Assembly: GCA_000934665.2 (NCBI GenBank)
Contig: KZ538014.1
Location: 1 to 64,000, forward strand
DNA from: Catajapyx aquilonaris
Taxonomy: Eukaryota
Length of the DNA: 64,000 bases
Reading direction: 5' to 3'
Shown here: piece after piece, positions 40,934 to 53,035 of the stretch
Layout: each line of letters opens with the position of its first letter
How positions within the stretch are numbered: the stretch's first letter is position 1
Program-made: the position numbers and the translations under genes
The notes under the pieces: generated by a model
What the model saw: only the letters and a program-made list of their open reading frames with translations
Told to the model about the DNA's origin: nothing
The model's database searches: none

Positions 40934-43865
40934 AATGATACATATTAGTTTTATTCGTTTTCATTACCACACGAAAAATATTATGAACGTCACGCAACGG
41001 CTCTACATCGATAGAAGCCACATGTGCATTTATAATATTTATGTTAAATTTTGTAACTTACATCTCATGGTCTATTGATACCATCAGCTTCTTTCATACA
41101 TTATTTTGCATATACCCATCGCAAACAGCTTTTTCCGCCACATTTGATAAGCATTGTCCCGATAACATGTGTTCTTAGTTCAATTGCCATATTGCCAATC
41201 CAACACTCCCAACATGACCGATTGCTAATATCTCTCTGATTATGCAACGTACAAGTCAAAGAGCGAAATAAGATCACACAGCAATCTGGCTGGAATTGAA
41301 AGGCCTATAGACGGATTAGAGAAGCGAGCCAAGGTGATTTTCAGCCTCAGACGAGCAGTGAAAATTCAAAGCAAGCGGCTGGGTCGACTTAAGCGTAAAA
41401 GGCTGCCGGTTATATGCAGGCTTTTGTCAAGACAGTTAGTGAATTAGCGTACAAGTCGCAGCGGAAGTGAAACCCTAATGAAAGCAAGGACAACGTTTTG
41501 TGCCAGCAGAGCCAGGGACTTTGCTTTTCCCCCAGGTAGGCTATCTCTACACACATCCAGCAAGCCTTTTACCACCACCATCCCCCAGCAGCTCCCCACT
41601 CTCGCAGAGCAACAACACACGAAAGTTTCTCATTTGAAGTAAATGCAGATGAGTTTCCATTGCAATTGCAGCGAACACTTGCCTCGAACCCGTGCCGGGA
41701 AATTAGGACGTAGGGGGCCTATCAGTTGGGCTTGCTAAGTGAAGAAGTTTTGCAAAGGACTAAGAAAGTTGGGGGGGCCTCTGGTGAGCTTCAAGCCTAT
41801 CCTCAAATCTTTGTCGACATTAGCTCAGCCATCCGCCAGCTTACATTTATAACAGTGCTGCCGGAGCTTTTCTCTGCATTGTCATATATATATATATATA
41901 CAGTGGAATCAAATCTGCACGTGGTAATTGGTCGATTCAATCCTACATAGACATTTTTTTTGGGAGCCCGTTTCGGAGCGGTATGAAATGAATTTCGTAG
42001 GAATATCATCCGGAGGGGGGGAAACGAGTGCTGGAAGCAATATTAAGTCCAAAACCCGGGCGTTGTTTTACAACTCATTTGGTCGAGAGTGCGGTCCTAG
42101 AGGGACGGATGAACGGGGGCAATTTTCGAAGCAATCGACAAAAATCTGGGCGAGACCTCGTGAAAAAAAAAGGTACTGGTATTATAACTTACTGGGTATA
42201 AATCAGACTGGGGGGAATGGAGAAAAAATGGCGGATTGAAGCAAAGAGAGAATTGCTGACATTCAAATCGGATGGGGAGCGAATTTTTATTTTCAACAAA
42301 CAAAGGAATTGTCCGATTGTAAGCCGCACCCAAACAATATTGCCTGACATTCCAGACTGATCGATGCAAATAATTATGGTGACTGTTTTGTGAGCTGTCA
42401 ACACGTCTGGTAGACCCAAGGTCTATCTGCACCTTCACAATAGGATGTTGATTGCATTGTCGTGTATTTTACGGTTCGGCGTAATGTACTGTGGCAGTCA
42501 AGTTGTCTGAGGCGTTGGTAAAAGTGCAAAATGTTAGAGAACTCGCCCCCTGATGGCAACAAAAATAAATTTATATGGGGGGTATCCTATAGGGCTGTAG
42601 CTTTAGCAGCATGCAGGACCCTGAAAAAGTGGGGCCCATGCAGCTTATTAGGCTAATAGCGGGTTGTAACTGGTTGGAGGCAAAATGCGAGAACTGCCTG
42701 AAATTATGGAACAGACCTTTCGGATTTTTCAGATAAAGCAAGCCTTGATGTGGGTCATTAGTTATCTCAGTAAGTATTATACCGAGAAAAATATTTGGTT
42801 TGATTTGTTGGAACAGCTGAGGAGACTAAGGCCATATATATGGATATAATAGTCGTGTGTCTCTGGTTATTTTACACTATTCATATGGCATAATTAAATA
42901 TATTAAATTTAAGTGTCAGCAAAAACAAATTCCCTGCCACTGTGGTCATGTGAATAAATAGATCAAAATCAATGTAATTAGTCCAAACCTCAAAAATATG
43001 TAGGCTATATAGTATATCATGGATTGAATAATCAACTGTGCATCATAACTGAACCGGAGAGAATAATCATGTCCATGAGACATGTCGCAACATAAATAGG
43101 CATATCTCCTTTTCCTTATGCTTACTGGACTTGTTTCTTATTCTTTATTACCGCTCTCTTGTCATGCAGTAGTTTGTCTGACAGAATTAAACATTTCTCT
43201 ACATGTTAGATTTTGTGACACATGGCACAAGGAAGTTTTGACTTGGTGCTGACATGAGTTCGTGGCATTTCTCCTTTATAGTCGTATTTATTGCATGTAA
43301 CAATCGAATAAGGAGAAGTAAATATAGGCCTTGATCATAACCCTGCATTTTATAATAACCTTCTCTCTTCATTCCATATACTGTATACCTACATCCTTAT
43401 AGTGTGTTAGTACCGGTAGGGCTATCTTATGTCATATCGACTCGGCCAAATGTATTATATCAGCATATTACACAAGCTGTGATTTTCGTAGGGCGCAACA
43501 GATATTTTTTCAATTGTCGCATTGCAGGACTTCATGCATAACGTCATCTTGGAATGGAAAAGTTAAATATTAAAAATGTTTAAAAACAACTGCACTTCAT
43601 TATAGTCGACTGCAATCACTCCTTACGCCATGTCATATTTCTAATTGCGTTTTTTGCAAAAACTGATTTCGTAATTTCAGATGGATGAGACTAATACACA
43701 TTATGATGATTGTAAGATGCAGCCCAAATATTTTGCTGTAAATCATGACCCGTGACACAGATTGACTACGACAGTTTTAAATTGACTTATTCGGAATTGA
43801 TATTAGGTTAATGGTGATTAGTGCAATGTGTTGTAATAATTTTAAGTCAAGTTCAGCGAAAGCAT

Positions 43866-43949
43866 GGGCGGAGTTACCGCGAGAACCAATCGTGAAGGGA
43901 AAAACTTCGCTCTCCTTTTCCGCGATTGGGACTCGCGGTAACTCCGCCC
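43866..43949. mobile_element. 84-bp hairpin mini-element, AT-flanked (ISL2EU/Harbinger-like)
   Basis: AT|GGGCGGAGTTACCGCGAG...CTCGCGGTAACTCCGCCC|AT: 18-bp perfect TIR continuing inward (CCAATCG/CGATTGG); GC-rich insert in AT-rich context. Confidence 0.7.
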
Positions 43950-44208
43950 ATAATTCAGTTGCAAACTTTAAATAAAACTACTCTGTTACAAACAGCAATT
44001 AAGCCTTCGCCAAAGAGATCTGGTTTTGTTCTTCTGAATATAATTTTTTCACTATTTCACCATTTAAATATATTACGGTTAAGTAGGCCTAACTAATCAA
44101 TATAGAGCATGCGATTCTGCCATCATGCAAGGGGGAAAAGCACAACTTTTATACCTTTCCTTATACTGTATGTTCTACATGGCTGCTTTTCCTATATAGC
44201 GATTTATA

Positions 44209-44310
44209 CAGGGTGTTGCAGAAGGTGCGTACTTCCTCTTAGATTTAGGTTCCTGGCCATATTGTAAGAGGAAAATAATAATAATATCAGGCCACATGGT
44301 TTTGTTCAAT
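44209..44310 (+). mobile_element. Solo degenerate Tc1/mariner-type left end
   Basis: TA|CAGGGTGTTGCAGAA, same terminal signature as the 19080 and 22275 MITEs; no matching right end nearby; extent approximate. Confidence 0.35.
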
Positions 44311-47300
44311 TGGTCTATGCTGAGTCTATTGCTGCTAATTTTTAATCGACAACTTTTCCGTAGTTACATTTTTGTGGGTATCAAAAGTAACAGCTGATCA
44401 TATAAGGTTGCCATGTGGACCAATCCTTTTTAAAGCCTGCAATGGAATCGGTCCTGCCAAACCGGCTGTTATTGACGTTTCATATCAATTGTTCCAACTG
44501 ACCAGTAGGAAATTCATTGCGATTCAGAGCTTGGATAGATGATTCCATTCGGACTGATATTGGTTGTTAATACTTCTGATAACTGCTAAAAGTTACTGTG
44601 CAAAAGTGACTACTTAAAAAAACTGAACATTACATTTAATATCACTTAATGTAAACTTTAATGAACCATATGCAACTCTTCAAATAAATCATTTAGCATG
44701 CAAATAAAAAATTGAATTAGAGTCCTCCGTACTCTGTGGCTATTTGAAATTGGAAAAAAAAACTGTAAAATCGCGGTATTAAAATCAGTATTTCTCAGTT
44801 GGGGATCTAATTAAGCAAAACCTGAGTTTCACTTTTCCATGTAATAAAATTAGGAACAACCTGACTAAAAGTAACCTTGATAACATCTCGATAATGCATC
44901 ATATTTTTATGGACACAATTCCAGGCCATTCAAAATTGTGTGACTGACTATCGGTAACTTTCACGTTATTTTATATTTATGTCACTAATAAATCAGACAT
45001 GGCGAGAGGGATATTATGATTTAATTGCCGATCAAATATTGCCACAAAATGGCAAGTCATATTTTGCGAGATTAATTTTTCCGATGCTCGATATAAAATT
45101 ATTTATTAAGAAAATCGATCATTTAAGCTTTGAAGTACTGAGACTGAAACGTTACAAAAAAAATTTCTAGAACTTCAATCACCGTGCGACTTGCTGGAAA
45201 CAAAATAATCCGGCATCAACAATCATGGTATCTGTTGTGTATACCCTTAACAGTGCTCTAAAATTGTCCATTTCGTTCATAAACTGAGTTGGTAAGCACT
45301 GTGCATAATTTCTTGATGTAATGAGTATAGAACCTGAAATACAATTCACAAACCTTTTTAAAAGGTCATTCAAAAATATGTTCAGGTTATGCCCATGAAA
45401 TTATTTTTTGGAAGTAGACCTATTGTACACTCAAATAAATGTATAGCAAGTGTTAAGCTACTGTGCTGGGCTTGTGACCAGTTCTATCTTATATAGCGTA
45501 GTGTATGAATTTCACATCAGAAGAAAAGTGTGTAACTCTTAAAGAATATCTGAAAGCTTGAAATGCAGAACTATCAGTCAAATTTAAAATTCCGAATTGG
45601 CTGAGTCGTTGTGTTCAATGTAGCCTGTGTTTGATGTGTCAAATTCTGAAATCAAATGTTTGGTAGAGTAAATAACTCACCAATACTGTAAATACGTTTG
45701 AAAAACTGGGATCATATACATCTTCAGTAAAATGTCAAGATCTCAATAACACTTAAATGTATATGTAAATTTTGAAGAAAATATTAATAAGGCACGGAAC
45801 ATTTTAAAGGGCAGGTATATTTTACTTAAGTATGATTTTTCACCCGTTCTTGATATCTTACAAATATTCCATATTTGATTCTTTTGATATTTAACAACAT
45901 TTTCTATGAGTTCAAATCCTATTTCAGTGTTCAACTGTAGGAAATATCAAGGCAAGAAAGGAAATTATCTTTTTTATTATACTCCTAAAATTGAATTAAG
46001 TAACAATTTATTATTTTAGAGCTGTACCTCGTCCTCCTATGAAAACATTAGTCTTTGTTTCAAGAACTGGTGTAATTTTAACTTATAGTAGTGCGTCTGA
46101 GGAAACAAAATAATTACATAACTTATAGTATATTATTGTGCAACTTTAGAACAAGGAAATATTCAAGGAATATAGAAAGGCTTCCGTGATTATCAAGAGT
46201 ATGTGTCCATCACTGTGACTGAAAAGCTCTTGAAAGTGAGCAAAAATAAACTTGGCAATGGTGCTAATGCAACGCTAGCAAGTTACAGTGACAAATCCGG
46301 CTGCATCCGATTAAGGCACACTCTAAAAGGACACAACCATTGTCAGGACGGGATACACTATATTACCTCGGAGTCACTGACCGGCCAAGGGGCACCTACC
46401 ACCATATTGCTGCGATTCCTCCAGTAAATGGCCACCAGCCAATGAGGTTATATAAACCGGGAGTCAGCAGGTGTCAGCAGTAACAATTCCAGACGGTATA
46501 CAACACTTAGGCGTAACAAACAGGCAAACGGGACTCTACCCTCGGGTAGATATTTGGGCTGTATCCTGCATCCTCTTCCGAAGCGGACTAATTTCACAGT
46601 GCCCCTACCAGCTTAGGTTGTACCCCCGCCATAAACTGGAGCCTAGACTCAGGGTCCTTTTGGCCCCCCTCCTCATTTTGAGTTGCGAAATTTTAGGACC
46701 CCCTACCCCAAACTTAGGGGGTAAACGTGCCGGGTTGGGGGTTGTAAAATTGTGAAACCCATATGCCAAAAAAAGGGGTTACAACCGGACAGGCCTGGTT
46801 GATGTTGGGCAATACCGGGTTTCCAAGCAGGAAGAGCGGCAAGATTCGTACCTGGTAAAAGGTATGGGTGAAAATGCATTGTTACACCGTTACTTTTCGT
46901 GCACTTGCAGTTAGTGTCAGCAGTACAAGCACAAAAAAGGGTTGAAAAAAAACCAACCTTGGGTATTCTGATGGGTCTATTGCCACCCTGTTGCGCAAGG
47001 GGGTTGTTGTTGCCCAAGAGAAAATGGCCTCCTTGTTGAACCCTCAGGATTGGGGAAGGACAACACAAAAAAAGACTGTCGTTTACATAGAAGATTGGAT
47101 CTTGCAAGGGGAGGAAAAATGAAAGACACTCCAGATCCGTTGGATGATTACCAGGTGTTTATATAATGCGAGAGGAAGAGCTGGAGTAATCTACATAATT
47201 AGTCGTGTCCGGCCAACTCGGACTAAGTGTAATTTGCGCCTGATTTGTCCGGGTAGTAATCAGGTTGTGGTGTCAAAATGGATCCCACGTGTCCCATCTT

Positions 47301-48659
47301 GATTTGGGTGAAGGATGTTGCCCAGCGCAATTTTCCAAAAAGTAGACTAGCACGGATTACATCCGAGCAGTGCTCAAATGTACGGACAAAAATATATGCG
47401 AGCGCTCTCGTACCGGACTCGAAACGCATTCCGTGGCCACTCAAACGCATTGCCCAATCCGGGTGAGCGACAGGAAATCGGCGGAAAACTCTCCAGAGGA
47501 CGATTCCCCTTCTAATGTACCGGTATATCCGGATTAATTAGTTAAGGACACCGTTGCTCAGCAATAAGACATAGGAACTGAGTAATTTCGGAAAATTGCT
47601 GGACAGTCTGGTGCAGGAACGTGTTCAAACTTGTTGGAACGTTACTGAAACATGACCTTGACTTAGGTCATCATCTTACCGACCTATTCACCTCATTCAA
47701 GCTCAAACACCCAGTTTCCTTCCACGAGCTGAAGTGACAGTAACGTTGCCCAAAGCACCTATAATTGCGTTTGAAACAGCTGCAGTTACATCAGCACAGG
47801 CGTGGCATTGGCCTTACGACAGACTTAGTACAACCCCACCATCCCTCCACCCCACTTTAGTGGAACTTTTACGCGTTCCTGTTCTTTGACAATGACCCGA
47901 ATCGTTTGGTTTATGTCCTCTTCATGCCCGTTTTAGTGTTTGTTTGGGTGCATCTTTGCATCAGGCCCTCAAGTGTTGAACCTGCTTCCGCCCCCATGGC
48001 TGTACCTGGAACCCTACAACGACCTCGTGTATAAACATTGTGTCATAGATACATAACCGAACGTATTACGAGCTCTAAACGAGCGTTTAAAGGCCCATTA
48101 CAATTTGTGAGTAGCTATTGTAAAGAGCATTATCGCTGGGCATAATGTAGAGTAAACCCTAATCACGCCAAGCCAGAGTTATCCGCCTTACATTGTGGCA
48201 GATAAAGGGATGATTTTGGGATGTAGGAAATGGGATATATGCCACAAGTTTGAGTCGGGAGTTGACGGCACGCTTTATGCCCTGCCCCTCCCTCCCTATC
48301 CTCCCCTCTCCCTCAGCCCTTCTACAACCCTTCGGGCTACTAATCTCTCTCGTTTTACACCCTACTAACTCACTAGATCGACTTCACCTTTACTCACGTG
48401 CTTACACACTCGTGGATGACAACCCATTCAAGCTTTTCACTCCCATTCAAGTGTTCGGGAGCACTTTCTTGAATTTTTATGGTGTAGTCTTCTGTTGTAA
48501 TTTCAGTTATGATTCAACATGCACTTTACAAACGGCAAATCTATGATGATTGTATGAGCAGATAAGAACTTGCCAGTTTATTACTAATGGAGGACTATAA
48601 TTTATTATAGGGATGTGTGTGCTGCATCGTGTATACATTTATAGTCCACTTGGGCGTAT

Positions 48660-48712
48660 TAATATTTCAGTTCAAGTCTATATACCTCGTATAGACTTGA
48701 ACTGAAATATTA
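48660..48712. repeat. Perfect 23-bp-stem hairpin
   Basis: TAATATTTCAGTTCAAGTCTATA-tacctcg-TATAGACTTGAACTGAAATATTA. Confidence 0.92.
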
Positions 48713-49152
48713 TTCCACACTCTCATGAAAAGTACCACTGCTTTCTGCTGTACATGGGAAAGATGGATATTCAGAATCTTGTCACTTGCTTTGAGTAGAT
48801 GCAACATCTGAAAATTCCATTGCAGGGCATTTTTCGTACCTCTTTTTATTTAAGTAGATAATCATATTTTGAAGCAGTTGATTTAGAAAAGCTTCATAGG
48901 CCTATACTCGTGGACGTTGTATTGGCTCTATATACAGTAATTCAGGGGGGGTCGAATAAGTGAAATTTCTGACTTGAGGTGTCAGTGTGTCCTAAGCAAA
49001 AGGGTCGTGTCTTTAAGTTTATGTTAGGAAATTCATCGCAATTCACGGCCTGAATGAGTATTCCATGCAACGTATCACTATAGCAGCTAATACTTTTCAT
49101 AGCCACTTAAAATAGCTGTTTGAAAATGCCTTCGCAATAATAAGCCTCTTAG

Positions 49153-49248
49153 TGTGCAAATATCGTCAAGATCTAGACGTACATTTAAATGTCCTTCTAG
49201 TTCTTGATGATATTTACACATTTGTTTCAATTGAATTCAATTGAAACA
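49153..49248. repeat. Two adjacent palindromes (68-bp imperfect, 26-bp perfect)
   Basis: 49153-49220 has 34-bp arms with about 5 mismatches centred on TTTAAA; 49223-49248 TGTTTCAATTGAATTCAATTGAAACA is perfect. Confidence 0.85.
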
Positions 49249-49396
49249 CTCCCTATAAAATATAGCCTGTAGTATAGCCTTCGTTATATATTATGTATAT
49301 GTCTGATTCTTCCAGCCTTTGAAGTATCAAATAATTTTTTGAGGATATTTATATTGGAAAATATTTTGTGAAGCTTTCCGCTCCAGCTTCACATGA

Positions 49397-49424
49397 AATT
49401 GTAATTTACATGTAAATTACAATT
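49397..49424. repeat. Perfect 28-bp palindrome
   Basis: AATTGTAATTTACATGTAAATTACAATT. Confidence 0.9.
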
Positions 49425-50405
49425 GATTGCTCCGTATACTCAAGTAACATTTAGGCTACCTAAATAGTGCTTCTCCGGGAGTTATTTCCAATTAAACAGA
49501 ATAAAAAAATTATCTCACATTTGGAGTCGAAATTGTCATTGTGATGCAAGACAACATAGGAAGCATTGTTTTTATAAAGCAAAATACTGCAGCTTATCAC
49601 TGCCAACGAATATTACCTGATGATTTTTATTTCTAAAAAGTTGCGCATAAATGGAAAGTTACGCTTACAATTTTGGGCGATCTGCACTTAAAAAGCACTC
49701 AAGCTGATTGAATGAAGCATTATCTCTGAAGGTTCAACAAATCAATTATGAAATCAATAATCTGTGAATTGAAGTAATTATTTTACTGAAATTGACGTAA
49801 ATATCATTCAAATTGTGTTAGTCAATTGGACGAGCGAATGCAAAATATAGGCTACTATTTCAAATATTCCGGGGAAGAGATGAAAAATAGAAATAATTAG
49901 AGGCAAATTATTCCGTGATTATTATCCATTATTGTTAAAACTAGAATCTTACCTTATTTATGATGTGCGCCTCTTGTAAAAAGAGCCATAATTATTGTAG
50001 AAAGTATTAATTAAACGGCGATATCACATTCTGTGAATTATAAATCAGATTATGTGCGTAGGCCTGAAATAAAAATTTTTATTCATAACTAACACAGATT
50101 TAGTTTTGCGGTTTTTACAATCTGCTGCAAATATGCGCACTCTCTGTAATTGGCAGACATCTTATGTTTCATGAATTACATGCCTTACATTTCAGTGTGA
50201 ATTATAATCGGGCGTTTTTATAGCAAATGAATCGACATAATCTATTATAAAGTTGCCACACTCCAGGACAACTTGGTACATAACGCAATGTATTTAGGGA
50301 TAAAAAATGTCGAAATTGTGCTCATTGAAATGCTACTAAACTGGTACATTTATTGTTCAAGAAATTACATGGTCAACATCATCGTAATATTCTACAGCAA
50401 CCTTG

Positions 50406-50844
50406 CACACATTACACCATCGCTCTATATTGTCACACATGCCTACGTAAAAAATACATCGAAAATGCTTCATCTTCATTTTTGCAACAATATCCTATTT
50501 ATGCTTCCAATTTTTGACACATTTTTCTGTCTATTTAGCAATCCGCAATTTTTGCATTATGTACGATTTGTTACGTAATCAACCCTTCCTATATCCAGTA
50601 GCTCCCAACAATTGCACATTAATCCCACATAATTCACATATATTACACCATCACTCTACATTTTGACATAGGCCTATATGTCAAAAAAATGCTTAATCTT
50701 CATTTTTGCTTCCAATTTTTCATCATTTTGACTCATTTTTCAATTTATTTATCAATCCGCAATTTTTGCATTGGGTACAAATTTGTTACATAATCAATCC
50801 TTATAATCCAGTAGCCACCAACAATTGCACATTAATCCCGCATA
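50406..50844 (+). repeat. Diverged tandem duplication (2 x ~220 bp)
   Basis: Copies ~50406-50634 and ~50635-50844 share colinear blocks ATTACACCATC, CATTTTTGC, CAATCCGCAATTTTTGCATT, ATCCAGTAGC and CAACAATTGCACATTAATCCC. Confidence 0.9.
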
Positions 50845-51190
50845 CTCAAACACCACTCCCCAAATTCCCAACAGTCCAAACATTTGGCCACCCCTGAAGC
50901 CCCCAAAATCCTACTGGTGAATCAACGATTTTATTTTCCTACCACGATAGCGGACCGAAGCGTCGCACAGTCCCCCATACTTAAAGACTCGTCTCAAACC
51001 CGCTCGAAACTCCATCCTAAGTTGTGCCATCTCAGATCCTAAGCCAGTCCTTCTGATGGTGGACCAAAATACTGTAAAGCCCAGGTTCCCATCCTCCCTT
51101 CCCCCCCAAAAAAATTTTGTGTAGAAAATGGCAGCCACGATTTTCCCCCACTCCTACCCATAAAGGGTCCGTTTCTCATCCAGCCTTCTG

Positions 51191-51396
51191 ATTGGTGGAG
51201 CTCCTGCGACGTCAGCCACTTAGCATAATTTATTCAGGTCTGTTTCAAGATGGCCGCCGTTTGTTTTCATCCTGAGAGCCAATCAGGTTTGAGCTGACGT
51301 CAGGGGTTCAATAAGAGAGGTGGGAGGCGGAGCTTGCTGCTGGCTTCCTATTGGCTACAGGGAGATAGCAGAATGCGGCAAACTCTCCCGCCAAAA
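51191..51396. promoter_or_regulatory. Candidate Pol II promoter or promoter-like enhancer
   Basis: ATTGG 51191, CGACGTCA 51207, CAAGATGGCCGCC (YY1) 51246, AGCCAATCAG 51277, TGACGTCA (CRE) 51295, GGGAGGCGGAGC (GC box) 51322, ATTGG 51350, TCCCGCCAAAA (E2F) 51386. Confidence 0.6.
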
Positions 51397-52500
51397 TTTA
51401 CGGCGTCTGGCAAAAATTACTGGCAGTAATAGGCAATTAAAGTAGAGGGGGGTGGCGGGTGGGTGGTAGGGGAAGTCAATGATGCCGTACACCCTTGAGA
51501 TACGTCTGAATTATTTGGTTGAATTAAGGAGGTGGATCAAGAAGAAGAAAAAAAAATGGGGGCTTGCTAATCAAATAAGTGGCGCCTTTTGTTTTAATTA
51601 GGATCAGGCACGTGCGGGTTAGGTTGATCCGGTTGGGTGGATACGGTGCAGTGATTGGTGGCGACCTCTGCAGAATCCGGCTGTTCGTTCAATACTTTTC
51701 CACGTGGGGACTCAGGTGGGGGAAGTACGGAAGCAGACACTACTGACACTGTGGCGTCTCGGTGAATTAAAATGTACGTATCTACACAAGCTTTATTTCC
51801 ACATAAAAAATCTGATTGGGGAAAAAACATCAGTGCGTGACACAGGGTGAGTCAGAAGTTTTGGATCAATTAAAGTGGACGTTATGTCACACTCTGTACA
51901 TATATATTTTTTAAAAATCTAGGATTTGGGCGTGGGTTTTGTCGAGTTGGCACCACCAATGCGGCTCTATTGGTCCCTCCATCTCTTTTTCACAGCCTGT
52001 TAGCCGTGGCTTGCGACATGATATGGCTACCTCCACTGGGGGGGAATCAGCACATTTCAACACCGCAGACCAGGAAACGAGCCGCGTTCTCCATTTCCTC
52101 GCTAATTCAGAATTGCAACTACTTTCTGCAGGTTTTGACCCAAGTTGCCCTGCGGAAATGGTATTGCTTTCTCAGGATGCTTTGTGGTGCATGAGGAGGG
52201 TCAGAAAGCAGTTGGATATTATTTTAAAGATTAGTTGTCCTTGAAGATGGTGATTGGTGATTTTATCCTGAAAGTTAGCTAACATGTGTTCCTTTGTTGT
52301 GTCACAGTACTGACGCATACCAGGCGTGCAGTGCACAGTGGTGTAACAATGTTGTAACAATACAGAAAATATTCAGTAATGATTTTGACAAGGGTGAACT
52401 TCTGGATTAATTAGCGGTGCTATTTGGCTGCTGACTCGTTATTATGGAGCACCCTTAGTAATATTAAGGACGTTCCATAGATATTTTCTTGATACCAACG

Positions 52501-52630
52501 TGACGGGCTGTGACGTAGAATAGGGAAGGTTTAACATGCAATGACGTCACGCTTTAGAGTCGCTCTGTATAATTGGCAGCAAACTATTAGTGTGTGTCTA
52601 TAAATAAAATTGCTTATAACAAGAGTCATG
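52501..52630 (+). promoter_or_regulatory. CRE cluster with CCAAT and TATA-like box
   Basis: TGACG at 52501 and 52511, TGACGTCA 52542-52549, ATTGG 52572, TATAAATA 52599-52606. Confidence 0.3.
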
Positions 52631-53024
52631 GTGTGCGCAGGAAATGACCCCCTGTATGCTTCCCTAATTATATATTACATGTGCACGCTTGAGATAAAGA
52701 TACGGGCCTGATTCCAACCACGATAATAGCTTTACTGATACTTTGTGAATATCCGAAGCATCTGCGAAAAGGGGGAGTGGTACACTGAAGCGTGACGTCC
52801 GGGGGGGTCCGGCTCAGCGTGACTGTGCGTGACATGTTAGGGGGAGTCAAAGGAGCCGAAATTATAATGGGACTAAATCATATATCACACTGAGAAGCGG
52901 TTGATCACTGACCATGACATGTGATAGCATCACTATTCTCCATAAAATAGAGATTAATAGTCTGGATTGGCTATCGGCTCAGAAGTAACCAATCCATCAA
53001 TAACTATAGGACAATTTGAGCAGC

Positions 53025-53035
53025 GAAACACCCTG
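53025..53035 (-). mobile_element. Solo Tc1/mariner-type right terminus
   Basis: GAAACACCCTG|TA, identical to the last 11 bp plus TA of the 19080-19410 MITE; no partner end found. Confidence 0.3.

Noticed and set aside
47278..47300. MDPT... as a tarsal-less/mille-pattes smORF
   Set aside because: Lacks the LDPTGxY motif and is not repeated.
44209..53035. CAGGGTG ends as one 8.8-kb Tc1/mariner element
   Set aside because: Ends match for only 9 bp and no transposase remnant is visible between them.
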